A DNA stretch of 64,000 nucleotides. Origin: Haplodiscus bocki. Its lineage: Eukaryota. Numbering within the stretch: the first letter of the stretch is position 1; each line of letters opens with the position of its first letter. The translations under genes and the position numbers were made by a program. The notes under the pieces were generated by a model that had not been told where the DNA came from, searched no databases, and worked only from the letters and a program-made list of their open reading frames with translations. Location of the stretch: positions 175,336,001 to 175,400,000 of the forward strand of contig OZ296648.1 of NCBI GenBank assembly GCA_965655095.1, read 5' to 3'. Positions 52,700 to 64,000 of this stretch are shown here, one piece after another.

Positions 52700-54520
52700 T
52701 TTTGAATACTTGTGCGTTGAAGTTGTCTGAAAAAATTGTATTTGGGAGAAGTTTGATGCGGGAGTGGATTATAGTGGTTGCATTTTTGTATGTGAATTGT
52801 TACTTTACTTTATCGTCCAATAGTTCCTCTAATTTTACCTTTTGGGGTTTACTTCGGAAGTGTGACTTACAACCTAGCATCAGCGGCTTTGCACACTCAC
52901 CATTACTTGGATTATTACGGTTCTTTTCGAATAATGTACCACGCGTTCTTCATTCAAAAGTTTTTATTACCGTTTTTGACCAACTTGACGAAAGTAAGGT
53001 GTGGAAAAGTATATTTATTATTTCTTGAAAGTGAATATCGACTAAACAAAATTTGCAATCAGTATTCTAATTCGGAAGGACTTGCAACTTTCTAATTCAA
53101 CTCTAAGCTACAAAGAATAGCCAAAAACCCGTAGAAAAGTTGAGAAAGCCAATTTGGAAGTTTTAATTTAAGACTATGTAATTCATTTATTGAACGTACC
53201 ATTATTCGATTTGCTACTGCAGCCCCAGGCGATGATTACGCTCTACATAACCATGTGAATGAAAAGTTTGCAGCAAAAATGTCCTTTTTAATGATACCTG
53301 GTACTGCCACTAGTTTTTGTTTTAACCCTTTGTAATATCGAAGCCGAACGTGAAAGACATTATAGGTACGACGTTGACCTTTTTTTCCAAACCTGACATA
53401 AATGAAGTGGACACTTCTGCCTCACTTGCTTGTTACTTCATCACTGGAGTTTGTAGTGTACTTACAGATACCACGTATGACCGCTAGATGGATAAAGTAT
53501 AGAGTCTAAATTTACTTCTTAGACCGCCAGGTTTCTGTTTTAGTAATATCTTTTTAAATGGGTGTTTTTAAGGGGTTGGTAATTTGCAAATTTTCTGAAT
53601 TTTTCGCTGTTTTGGTTTTTGAATCATTTTCTAATCATCTTTTTTATAGACATACAGAACAAACCAATAGTAAACATTGAAGTTTGAGGAGTTATTCAGT
53701 TTCGAAAATTGTGTGAAAATTGGTTTTTTTGCAGCATTTTAGAGTAGGGCTAAAGTAGCTAATATCTTGATTTTTTCGTATCACTTTCGCTTTCCATATC
53801 AACTTTCTAGCAGCTAGGCAAAACTGATACGGTATAGAAGCAAAAATTTTGTCGAATGAGAGTTTTTTACGGTACTTTTGAGTGAAAGAGATAGCTAATT
53901 TTGTGAGTTTTTGCTCTTGTTATATAATTCTGCTCTTCGGCTACAGGTGCAACAAAACATCCTAAAAAACTTGCTAAGGGAAGCTTCAAAGAAATTGAAA
54001 TAACATTTGGAGAATATTCGTTTAAAAGTTTCGAGTCCGCTAACATAGCCGTTTTCGCATTACTATTGGAATTTTATGCATATTTCTGGCTCCCAAGTCA
54101 ACTCTATAAGTACGCATCGCCAATTGGATAAAAAGGATCAAGTGGAAACTTTCAGCGAACTTGAAAATTTGTTGCAAAGGGGTACTTTTGATTCTCTTGA
54201 AATCAGTCAAAAAGCATCTGAGTTCAAAACTTTTTCGCAATTTTCCCTCTCTTGCCTTTCAATTCAACTTAGCTACAAATCTATTATGAAATAACGCAGC
54301 TAGATATAATATGACATTTTTCTCGGAACTCTGAAACTTTCAACGAAAAATAGGGTTTTTAGTTGGCGCTTTCGAAAAAATTGATCACAATTGGAGTTAC
54401 TTTTTAGTCGCTATTGTAATTACTTTTTTCATAAGATTGCGGAACTCACATCCAACTATTCCACTTTAAAGGAGTTGGTTAAGTTGACGGCCTTCTTAAT
54501 GTGAATTGTACCATTGATTC
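52700..54520 (+). pseudogene. Possible decayed LRR-repeat coding remnant
   Basis: FLTNLTKV..L..NKI..EGL and LQRGTFDSLE..IQLSYKSI resemble LRR consensus pieces. Broken by stops. Confidence 0.25.
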
Positions 54521-55768
54521 CAATTAGTCCAAAATCGCCAAAGGTAGTTTTACGTTATTTTTACTTTTTATTTGCCCAAGTGGACAAAAAAGCTCCGAAA
54601 GCATGGGCCACAGGATCGGAACTCGGTATAGGCTGCAATTTTTTACCTTTTATGTCGGATACTAAACAATAATCTACCTACTGTCGGGAATTTTTGGACC
54701 TTCGATCCCATGTTTTTTTCGTAGTAATCCCCTTCTGAAGTCTAACGATTCGATGAGTGAGTTCTGATACCATTGTAAGCTATGTGTTCTTAATTGTGTA
54801 CCAAAAGTTATACCAAAATACAGTTTTCTTCAAACATCCAAATCGCATCCGTCCTATGAGTATTTTTGAGCCATACGGGCGGCAGTGACGTGTTTTTTCG
54901 TAAGACAGCAAACTCACTTCGAATCAATCCACTTTTTGTGCAGAGTTGAAGTCTTGCTTTTTTATGGCAAATTGTTGTTTTTGATGCTACGAAATGTACC
55001 ATACCGTCCAAAACTATAAATATCAAAATGAATCAAAAAAATGTTCGTGATACGCTCTTTGCATATACTGGATTTTTTTGAGAAGGCAAACATTGAAATT
55101 CTTCGTGATTGCCACCTTTCATAAACTGAAATTTTTTGGGAAATCTGCTGCTCCAGTATCCGCCGTTCTTCTAACACGAAAAACTCGCCAACCTCCGCAT
55201 ATTGATAATACTTTTGTTCTGTGGTTGAAAGTAAAGTAATCGGACTTAGGCCTTTTTTGACCAGACAAGGCGCATATTTATCCGACCTTAGACTACTCTG
55301 CATTTGCTGGCTTAAAATTGGGGGATTTTTAAGCTTACCGTTGATATGCTGTATTATTGTGAGAAAAATCAAAGTCATGTTTCCAAAGTCGCTCCCGAAA
55401 GTAAACTATTTTTAAGAATTTCCCTGATGCCCCTGACTTATACCTTGGTTGTCCGCCACTCGAATATGCGTCACTCAAGTGCCTCAAGTAGATTGAAAAC
55501 ACACGTCTTGCTGTTACAAATATCACTTCATCAGTTTTTTAGGCCTCTATCTGCTTAGAAAATTTGTTTCCAGAGCCAATAGCGAGTCTGTTCGAGCCAT
55601 AAGGTGCTATTTTTCATTTGGTAGCCTGAAAATGTGGGTTTTGATTCTTTTGCTTCGATATTCGAGTCCTGGCAGGTGCGTATTTTAGAAATTGTATTGA
55701 AAAAGTTTACTATTATGAATTTTTAATTTGCAAACACCATGGTTATGTGTTTGTTACTTTGAAGATAG

Positions 55769-56067
55769 TTCTTGACAATGATCATGACTACGACTCCGCC
55801 CACAACACAACAGTTGCCCCTTTCATGGACTTGGGTACCCTGGAAGGCAAACTGTATCTCTACTCGCTCTCATCGCTGGCTTTTTTGACCCTTGTGTGCT
55901 GGATCTTGTTAAGTGTAGTGCGAAACAAATTCAGAGACAACTTTGCGATCAGTCCTCAGCAATCAATTTTATCCGACATGTTCTACATGGGCTGCTGTAC
56001 TAGTTGTGCGGCCAAGCAAATGTCTCACAAGGCCGAAAAGTTCCACATAAATATCATGCAAGTGTGA
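55769..56067 (+). CDS. PLAC8/cornifelin-family protein, terminal exon (nested in the PKG intron)
   Basis: Stop-free frame with a hydrophobic helix, then VRNKFRDNFAI...SDMFYMGCCTSCAAKQM, the R-x3-R-x4-I...D...CCxxCxxxQ C-terminal PLAC8 pattern. Acceptor candidates are aag| at 55764 or tag| at 55768. ATTAAA hexamers follow at ~56240-56280. Confidence 0.72.
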
Positions 56068-56959
56068 TCTATAAATGAAGTATTGCGGCCATTGAGAAGT
56101 CATTGAGGAGAGTGCAAAGGAAACTGTTGAGGACGCAAATGGAAACAACGTTCTGTAAAGTTATAAGTGGTGTCTGTTCAGTGACTTTAAATCTTCACAA
56201 TTGAACGTTCTTGGTTTGATGTGATGTTCTTTTCGTAATTAAACTTTGTCTTGTTTATTAAACGTATTCCTATTAAAGGTGAACTTTCTGGCAACAGTGA
56301 ACAATTTAGTTGGTCAAAGATGTAATTGTTTTTCCTCCTTGAAAATAATCCATATTTGTACTTAAGTGCTGACGAGTAGTGACGACTGAAGTTGTTCCTG
56401 CCCGTTGTGCCAAAAATACTGGGAGGGATGCTTTGATGTTTTTGAAATTCATGATTTGTTCAAAAATTCAGTGAACCCAACGTGCTTTATCACATTTTCT
56501 GTCCTAAAAATTTCGTTGCGCAATACTCAAACGCAATGTTTTTTTTATAACTTTTGAGTCTCCGATATGCAAGGCTCCAATTGTGTTGCCACATTTCGGA
56601 AGCTTCACTTCGCCTCGTTACACTGGTCCAAGCAAGTGTTTTGTACGTGAGTTTTCCCCGAATGACATTAATCGCAATGTCTGCGTTACACGGCTGCGGA
56701 TGTTGATGAACGAACAAACGCGAAAGATTAGTAAGATATTACACTATTTAAAAGAGCAAAGAGAAGATGACCCTATGTAGATAATCAAAGTGGGAGAATT
56801 ATTAATTTTGAAATAAGCAAAGACAAAAATTGAGACGAACGACATACATGAATTGAAAGTCTGCATAAGTTTTGTATCTGATGTATGCTCCTCAATTTTA
56901 TTCACTTGGATTATGAAGCGAAGTTAATGTCTAATCATGCGCTGTCAACTGATTACATC

Positions 56960-57640
56960 TTTGACTGGCATGTGGTTGACTTTGGGTGGTTCGGAAAAGT
57001 CCTGCTGTACCTTGACTTGCTTAGCTTGGCATTAGCCCAACAAGCATTAGCATCTTCAAAATTAATCATTAGCCTGCTTCGAAAAAATCTGGTTCCTCTC
57101 AGACACAATAACAAGCTCCGCGAGAGAGTGAAAGATATTTTGGTTTTTAGTCATGCTGATTTGACACTTTGAAGAGCTCTTTAGGTACAGAAGTTCAATT
57201 AGTTGCTGGTTGAATGCTGTAGTCAGCCCTCAAAGCAACTACAAATAGCGGCGTGGAGGAAGAGTTTTCATTGTCGATATTTAACTCATGGTATCCATTT
57301 AGTTTTCGGTTCAATGTTTCGTGTAGATGTCTCCAGACTTTCCACGTGACTCTTTGAGACGGCTAGAGGGTTGAAATCTGTGACTTCGTTCTGACGTCTT
57401 GACACGAAGCTTCCCATGGAGCACGTTGAGCCTGGCGGGAAAAAAGTTGTGCGCCAAAAAATATCGTGATAATACTACGCTTGACTTTGTCATTCATTAG
57501 CCGGGGATTTGTTTTTATTTTCCGCCCATATTTTCATTATATGGAAAGAAAATCATTCATTCGACGTGCAGGTTCTTTTTACATAAACTTTGCCAATTAC
57601 ACGATGGAGTTTATAAGAACCTCGAAGATTCGAGAAGGAA
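56960..57640 (+). pseudogene. Decayed, apparently intronless tyrosine-kinase-like domain
   Basis: FGWFGKVLL (Gly loop, ~56980-57007), VEICDF (~57370-57390) about 130 codons later, then KLPMEHVEPG (LPxxWxAPE-like) and PY. Multiple stops and frameshifts. Confidence 0.5.
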
Positions 57641-57720
57641 GGTTGGCATATGGGTAAACGCAGTGTATGTGCGTGTGGGAGCACAAATGTTGCGTGTTCG
57701 AGTCTCGGAAGGGATTCAAA
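57640..57720 (+). pseudogene. tRNA-like cassette
   Basis: tggcatatgggtaaacgc ... gttcgagtctc. Confidence 0.45.
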
Positions 57721-57809
57721 TTTTTTCGACTAAAAACACGTTCAATTCAAAAAATGATCTATCCGGGCGAAAATTTAGGGTTTTTTTTACACATTCTGAT
57801 TGAACGGAA

Positions 57810-58120
57810 AAATGTGTATTGGAAACCGGTTACTGTTTAACTTTTTTTATCCTGTCCAAAACTTGCATTTTTTGACGTCATCAGAGAGTCTAGTCATCCA
57901 TAGTAATCTGTCAAAAACGCCTCTTTTCGCAGGTACTCGTTCATTTTCGTTGTTTACTGTGCAACTTGTTTAAACATTAGGCACCAAAATGGCCTAACTT
58001 GAAAAGACATGGTTGACATATCAATTTTTCGAGACTGAGACCCCGTGAGATGTATTTGTTCCAATTTGATTTTTTCGAATAAACTCAAATGACAGCTGGT
58101 GTAGATCAACACATCTGATC
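57810..58120 (-). repeat. Dispersed repeat, copy 2 (LINE ORF1-like fragment)
   Basis: Same-orientation match to 12725-13020. Confidence 0.85.
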
Positions 58121-59739
58121 GGGGTTTGTTTTTCTTTTGGGCTCTGCTTTTCAATTTTTAGGAAAGATTTATTCGCAATGCCTGTGACGACAAAATTTTG
58201 GGCGGAGGACCTATATTTTTTTTCATAAAACAAGCGATGGAGCGTTTCCCAAAATTTTTGGTATATTTCTCTCGAATTTTTTTGGATTACCATAAGGGGG
58301 ATATCACAAAAGTTTTTGGAATTACCTCTTCCGAAAAATTTTGAAGAAATTATATCACTTGAAAAATTTTGATAGATGGATATCTGCCCGCGTTTTAAAG
58401 AATGCAATTTTCTTATAAGCATTTTGAAGCTGTTCTGAATGGTCGACTTCAAATATGCATGGTACTTTTTCTGTTGGTAGGTAGTGTCGGTTAAAATATG
58501 CAAGGTTATTGATATTAGTTAGAACGTCGTACAGAGTGAGGTTTGTCGTCTTGAAAAAAAACCAAGTACTATAGTCGGGCTTTCAAGTATAACAAAAAGC
58601 GCCATTTATAAATGGGACATTAGTTTTTTTTGTATCAGCTAGTTAATAAATTTTTGTGATTAAGATTGTGTTCACGCCGACTTTCTGCATAGGACCCCTC
58701 CTTAGCAAGTTTTTTTTTTGTTTTGAAAGCAAAGATATAGCGCACTACGCTGAAAGAAGCTAGCAATGCAAAAAGCTTCTGTCATCATAGAATTGAACCT
58801 TAGGGTTCCGCCGACTCTTCGTTGTCTGATTATTAACTACAGAGTAGTTGCTTTCAATAAAATTAGATATCGGGAGAAAACTAGAATTGGCACAGCTGTG
58901 ATAAATGCATTTCATATCAATGCAAAGGCTTTAAGAAATTGTCTCCAGGGTGCAGGTTTCTGCATCGTTATATTGCGGGTTTGGTTTAAAGGCGGCAAAA
59001 ATCAATTTTTTGCCGAAATTCAAGAAAATGAGCGTTTGCTTCATTTTAGTTTGAACATACGTTTGTAAAAATTTAATTTCTTTTCATGTCGGTGAAGTTC
59101 CTGGAGCGTGAACGTTGCGCGTTTGTACAATTTTCCAAAACATGCTTCACATCTTTCCGTTTCTCTGTAATCAATGATGTAATCATTGCGCTATTTTGTA
59201 GTAATACCATTTTCTCCGATTTCTTTGCGAAGTAAATTTACTTGCGATAATCCAGTGCCAATTTCTGTTTTTCTGAATGGTTAGTTGTTCAACTGCAAAT
59301 GCAGATCATCACTTGATATAACTTTTCCAGTCAGTTTGATTTAATGAACGTAGATGAGACTCTCTTGATTTATATCTACTGGTGTGATAAGAGATGAAAA
59401 ATAATGAAATGGCCCTCGAGAAACTATTCTCCCCCTGATCTAAGGTAGAAGTTACATTTAAGGAAGAGGTGCGTGAACTATTTGGTGGCTGTAAACACCG
59501 ATCCTTTAGGTGCAAATCGATTATCTGCTACGTCCCCAAGGTCACCGAGCACTTATGAGGGAGCTGCGCATTTATATTCTCTTTACCATACTCTCGATTT
59601 ATTTTCCCTTCCTTCTTGCCTTTCAAGGCTAGATTATGAAAGCAAGCAGCGCATTATCAAGTTGCCGATACTGTTAGCATTTTTTACAGCTCCTGAATAG
59701 AGTGGATAGCATTGCTTGCTGTTCAAGAAGTTCGATTTG

Positions 59740-60080
59740 GGGTGGGGGGGAAGGTTAAGTGAGGTAATTTGACGTGGCAATGGGCGAGGAGTGAGTTAAC
59801 AGGGCGGGCGGTTTGATTGGTGAAGATCTAAAGTGAGTGGGCGTTCGGTGCAAGTCCAACCCAGAATTTTCAAAATGCGGTACTTTTCTTGAGCAGAAAA
59901 AGCAATTGTTCCCCTCAGATAATAAAGTGGCTACGTAAAATGGATGTCTAAGTGTATTGGGTGTGATGTCTAAATCTGTGTAGAGCCTTTTATTTCATCT
60001 CAATCCAGGTGTGTCTTTAAAAATGTAGACGTCATCTCTGAAGTTACGTAATAATATGACGTAACTCGTGACGTATCACA
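59740..60080 (+). promoter_or_regulatory. Promoter/enhancer-like motif cluster in the PKG intron
   Basis: GC box gggcgggcgg (~59802), attgg CCAAT box (~59816), tgacgtgg (~59770) and clustered ACGT bZIP-type sites gacgtca, ttacgtaa, tgacgtaa, tgacgta (60028-60076). Confidence 0.35.
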
Positions 60081-61329
60081 TAAAGTCGTACCTGGAAATT
60101 CATAAATCAGTGGTAATCAAATTAAATTTGAACACACGCAGCACTTTTTGTTAAGGATTGCAAAGACATGCATTGCAAGAAATTAAAGTACCTCAAAGTC
60201 TTTTTATTGAACATTTTGTGAGTACACAAATCCGGGGAATCAAAGAAAATGTTCTTTTCGGAACTCACAGTGTAAAGAACCACGTGGTGCTTTCTTTGGG
60301 CCTTTAATTTCGCTTTATTATATTTGCCTTAGGTTTTTCAAAGCAACAAAATAATCAGATTTCGGCCGCCAATATATATCGCCTATGTTGTGTGCCCCAT
60401 GTTTCTCGCTTTATTTCAGTAACATTGTTGGTAGTTTTCCAACCAACGCATCTTGGTTTCTTCTCAGCGGCTTGGCAGCAATCCTGTGAGGTAGCAAATT
60501 AAATTGTGTCAAATTTCCTGTTATGGTATGAAAATCAGACATGAAAGGGTAACATAATCCTTCAGAAGTGCAGTCGCAAACGCTCTTGCATCTTCAGAAC
60601 CATCAAAAACTATCGATGTTTTTTTCAGAAAAGAAGTATGTGGAGATTGAGCATAGACCTGTAATTGAATAGATTTTTCAACGATTTAAGATCAATTTAA
60701 ACGAAACACTTTTGTGACTTCAAAAAATGCTTGAACGCGTTTATAGTTAGCATTTGTTTTGTTCGGGAAAACCCCTAACGCTCGTTTTGACTTTTGATTA
60801 AACGAGCCAGAACGCTGCGAAATAGGTACATATGTACCTGTATTGTTGTCTTATTTGCAGAACCGGGGAAAATGATTTTTTTGCCTATCCTTTCGAGATT
60901 TTTTACTGGAATTTTTTTCTAGAGCTCTTCTGAACGATCTTTTAAACTTTTGGGACTTCGGAAATTTTAATCTTGCGAAGTAGTTGTGGTGTTACTCGGT
61001 TGTTAGACGCTTTGGCGAAATTTTGGCAAAAGGTGGCAAATTTGATGGATGGTTTAGCGAAAAGGTGGCAAATTAAAATGGTAATATTTCTTAAGAATTC
61101 CTTTTTCTACTGAAATTCAGGTTTTTTCCTGCAAACATTTTCAATTCGGATTAAGTGAAAAAATTGCTGAAGAATGCATATAGGAGTGTTTTAAGGACTT
61201 CGGAAAATTATTATTTTACGAAGTTCCTAAAGTGTTACTCGGTCTTTTTCACGCCTTTCCGTACACTTGTGCATTCTTCCGACTTGAGCGTTTTTGTGCG
61301 AACTTTTGAGGAAAAAATATTTTTCTTTC

Positions 61330-61860
61330 GGAAAGCAGCAAAGGAGACCATCATAGTAGGAGTGAGAGCGCGCAAAGCAAGAAAAATTTGATTTTTTTTG
61401 TTTAAAATGTCCTTTTGCATTGGATTTTTGTGCGAATTTTTGGGAAAAAAAATTGTCGACACGCAGCAAAGTTGCGTGGCAGTACAAGGCGGAATATGTG
61501 GACCATCACTGTAGCGGTGAGAGCGCGCAAATAATATAAAAGTGTAAATCCTGGGACATTTTGATTTCACTCCGCAGGAAAACGGATTAAGAGTTGAGGT
61601 TATGGTTATTCCAAAGAACGGTTATTCCAAAGAACGGATCTTTTCTGTTAACTCCCTCCCCCCCACACACACACTCATTTAATCCCCCCCCCCCCACGCC
61701 ATAATGGATATGTGAATTTTAGCCTATCAGAGACGAGATCGCTTCTGCGTGGGGGGAGTTAAATTTTGAGCTTCTACTGTGGAAGGGGGAGTTAACAGAA
61801 AAGATCCCAAAGAACTTTCCGAAGTCTTATCCACTTCGGGCGGCTATGTTTTGTTATGAT
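61330..61860 (+). repeat. Copy of the 13130-13850 repeat family, interrupted by a MITE
   Basis: gaccatca...gtgagagcgcgcaaa occurs twice (~61347, ~61501). aggaaaacgga, gttattccaaa and aagtcttatcca...ggctatgtttt match 13400-13490. Confidence 0.7.
61636..61807. mobile_element. 172-bp MITE with 21-bp perfect TIRs and 8-bp TSD (Merlin-like or Mutator-like termini)
   Basis: TIR ggatcttttctgttaactccc / gggagttaacagaaaagatcc. TSD caaagaac at 61628-61635 and 61808-61815. Confidence 0.92.
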
Positions 61861-63227
61861 ATTGTGACGCATGCAGCTAGACTTCTCACTTGAATAAACT
61901 TCAAGAGCTTTGAAATTTACTGACTGTTTTGCTGCATGTACGTCATCGCCTTTTGGTGCTTTTGAATAAGACCAGGCGGTTCTTTTGATCAACAACCAGA
62001 TCAGTATTTTGTGCATTCAGACGTGCGAGTAAAGACAGATGAGTCATTGAAGTCTGTCTCGTTGAAGTGAAATCGCAATTACACTCAAACTGTATTGATG
62101 CAATTCAACAAAATGTACTGCACTTTACGCCAAAACTTGATGAAATATATACTTGGTTCGATTTTGAACATTTCCAAATGATCCAGACCAGATCATGTTT
62201 CTTTTATCCCCCCAAACGCATCGGGGGTAATTGAAAATCAGATTTCAAGTGCCGCGAAACTATATCGACATAACTGTAAAATGAACGCTAAATTATACCG
62301 ACCTCCTAGAAAGTGTCTCATAGGAAAAAAATGCAATCAAATTTCTGTTTCAATCAATAGCGATACAAAATCCACTTAGAAGGACTTTAGACGAAAAGAT
62401 AATCTAATCAATGGGTGTTCTAATTACCCCAGTGCCTATTGAAAACGCCCAAATGAAACAAATAATAAAATAAATTCAGATTACTGTAGTATAAGCATTC
62501 AGAGGCAGAGGGAAAGGTTGAAATTTGCTGCACCTGGCGGTATTAGAGAAAGATGGTCATCCACTCCAGTGCAATGCGATGTGCAATTTCAATTTTACAG
62601 TTGAATGATTCTTCTTACTCAACGGAGCTAACTTTCGTGTCTAATTATTACTTAGTTATTGGTTTTTGATTTTTAATTGACAACTGTGTCTCTCAGTTTA
62701 AAATGGCGAGTTCTTGCAACTTCTCAGAGTGTGGCATGAGTCACTCATGGCCCCTGAAACGTGCATTTATTTTTTGACAACTTATTTGCATGTAGAGAAA
62801 ACAGAAGTTTTTGATAGGTTTTGTTGTAGATGTTTGTTTCATGAGAATCTTTGTTGTTGGCATTTTCGAAAATTTATCTACCGAAGAAATTGAAATGAAT
62901 TGCATTTAGGTTGTGGTATTTCAGTTTTTATTAATTGGTATTCCTAATTATCGATAATTAGGCTAGTTTGCTTTTATCAGAGAAACAATTTTGATGGCAG
63001 TGCGTTATCATTTTACAAAATCGGCTGTTGTCTCATTATTAAAATCGGCGGTTTTGTCCTGCTCCCGTAATGACTATTAAGCAGACTGGTCCATGGACAA
63101 CAGTTGACTTTAATGGGGTCTATTGATGAAAATAGTACCTATTAGCTGCAAACCTGGTAGGCAGTATTGCTATCTTTCAATTGATTCAATGTTTGAATTA
63201 GCTGTATTTTGTATTTCATGGTTTCAG

Positions 63228-63394
63228 ACAGAAGCAGCTCATAGAAGATGCCATAATCCGGAATGACTTTTTGAAGAAGCTGGACCACACTCAGATAGCT
63301 GACATTGTGGACTGTATGGCACCCAGAATGACCAGGGCCCATGACCTTATCATCAAAGAAGGTGAAGTAGGTGACGAAGTATACGTCATTGAAG
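63228..63394 (+). CDS. PRKG1: PKG coding exon 2 (start of cNMP-binding domain A), missed by the ORF track
   Basis: Acceptor tttcag|A, phase 2. Translation (R)QKQLIEDAIIRNDFLKKLDHTQIADIVDCMAPRMTRAHDLIIKEGEVGDEVYVIE(G) aligns with PKG-I KDLIKEAILDNDFMKNL...IVDCM...IIKEGDVG..VYV. Donor G|gttagt at 63395. Confidence 0.95.
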
Positions 63395-63604
63395 GTTAGT
63401 CACGCTCTAACAACGCAATGATTCAACATTATGCCTACTCTCAAAGGTACATTTAAAGAGAGCGCAAGCTAGCCCCTCTTGAATTTTTCGGGCCAATTTA
63501 TGCTCAAAGTGCCGAAATCATGTTAAATTTTACAATTTTTCTTGCTAAGCCTCGAACTATTTGAAAAATTTCTAAATCCGCCCTTGCCTATTTGAAGTAA
63601 TATA

Positions 63605-64000
63605 ACAAGACGACCGGCTAGCACCGGCATATTTTTCGCAGGAATACAAATATTTTGATCAACATATTTGCCGACAGTTAAAAACGAGACTACTGTTTAA
63701 AATCTGGTTTGCGAAAGTTTTCTACAAACATCAATTCCACCACTGATTTCTATATTCTATGCAAAAGAGGGGGGTATCACTTTTCGTTCAAAATTTTTTG
63801 TCTCACAGTACCGAAAAATTTTGTTGGGGATAACTTCGGTGAATCAGAAAATTTCGGGTAGCGAAAAATTTTATGCATAAGAAGGGGATATCACTAAACT
63901 CCGTTGAAAAATCTTTGTCTCACAGTGCCGATAAAATTCGTAGGAGAACCCTTCTGTGTTTCGAAAGAATTCTGGTATCGAAAATTTTCAAGCAAAGGAG
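63605..64000 (-). mobile_element. HINE-like element with a 117-bp satellite array running off the window
   Basis: Starts acaagacgaccggctagcaccggcata (reverse of the type-1 end). gtctcacagt recurs at 63800 and 63917. Confidence 0.75.

Larger units (their letters stand above)
42049..63227 (+). other. ~21.2 kb GT-AG intron of the PKG gene
   Basis: gttagt at 42049 and tttcag ending at 63227 join in frame (AG+A = Arg) and give continuous PKG homology. Confidence 0.85.

Noticed and set aside
19267-57720. Functional tRNA genes
   Set aside because: All cassettes have broken acceptor or anticodon stems, so they are reported as tRNA-derived only.
63770-64000. CRISPR-like array
   Set aside because: The whole 117-bp unit repeats with no unique spacers, the context is eukaryotic, and there are no cas genes.

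Overview
Eukaryotic, AT-rich, repeat-dense animal (invertebrate-like) genomic DNA. I cannot name the species, and most entries in the ORF track are noise. The one clear host gene is a cGMP-dependent protein kinase (PKG-I/foraging/egl-4 type) on the + strand. Coding exon 1 (41537-42048) carries the leucine zipper and the RGIGISAEP pseudosubstrate. It splices in phase across a ~21 kb intron to exon 2 (63228-63394, start of the first cNMP-binding domain), and the gene continues beyond the window. A probable PLAC8/cornifelin-family membrane protein gene is nested in that intron on the same strand. Its terminal exon is 55769-56067, with phase-compatible upstream exon candidates at 49770-50054 and 46107-46290 or 48837-48855. 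The rest is mostly decayed transposons: many L1/Tx1-like LINE remnants, all on the - strand; two I-group LINE remnants; a Ty3/Gypsy integrase remnant; and a GG-terminal MITE family with an 8-bp TSD. There is also a modular family of DINE-1/HINE-like (non-autonomous Helentron-like) elements. These share a 3' hairpin plus CTTGT(T) end but carry different cargo: ~110-140 bp satellite units and tRNA-derived cassettes. Decayed fragments resembling a tyrosine kinase, LRR repeats and an iGluR, and a 159-N assembly gap, are also present. Boundaries of decayed repeats are approximate, and all homologies were read by eye, not searched.
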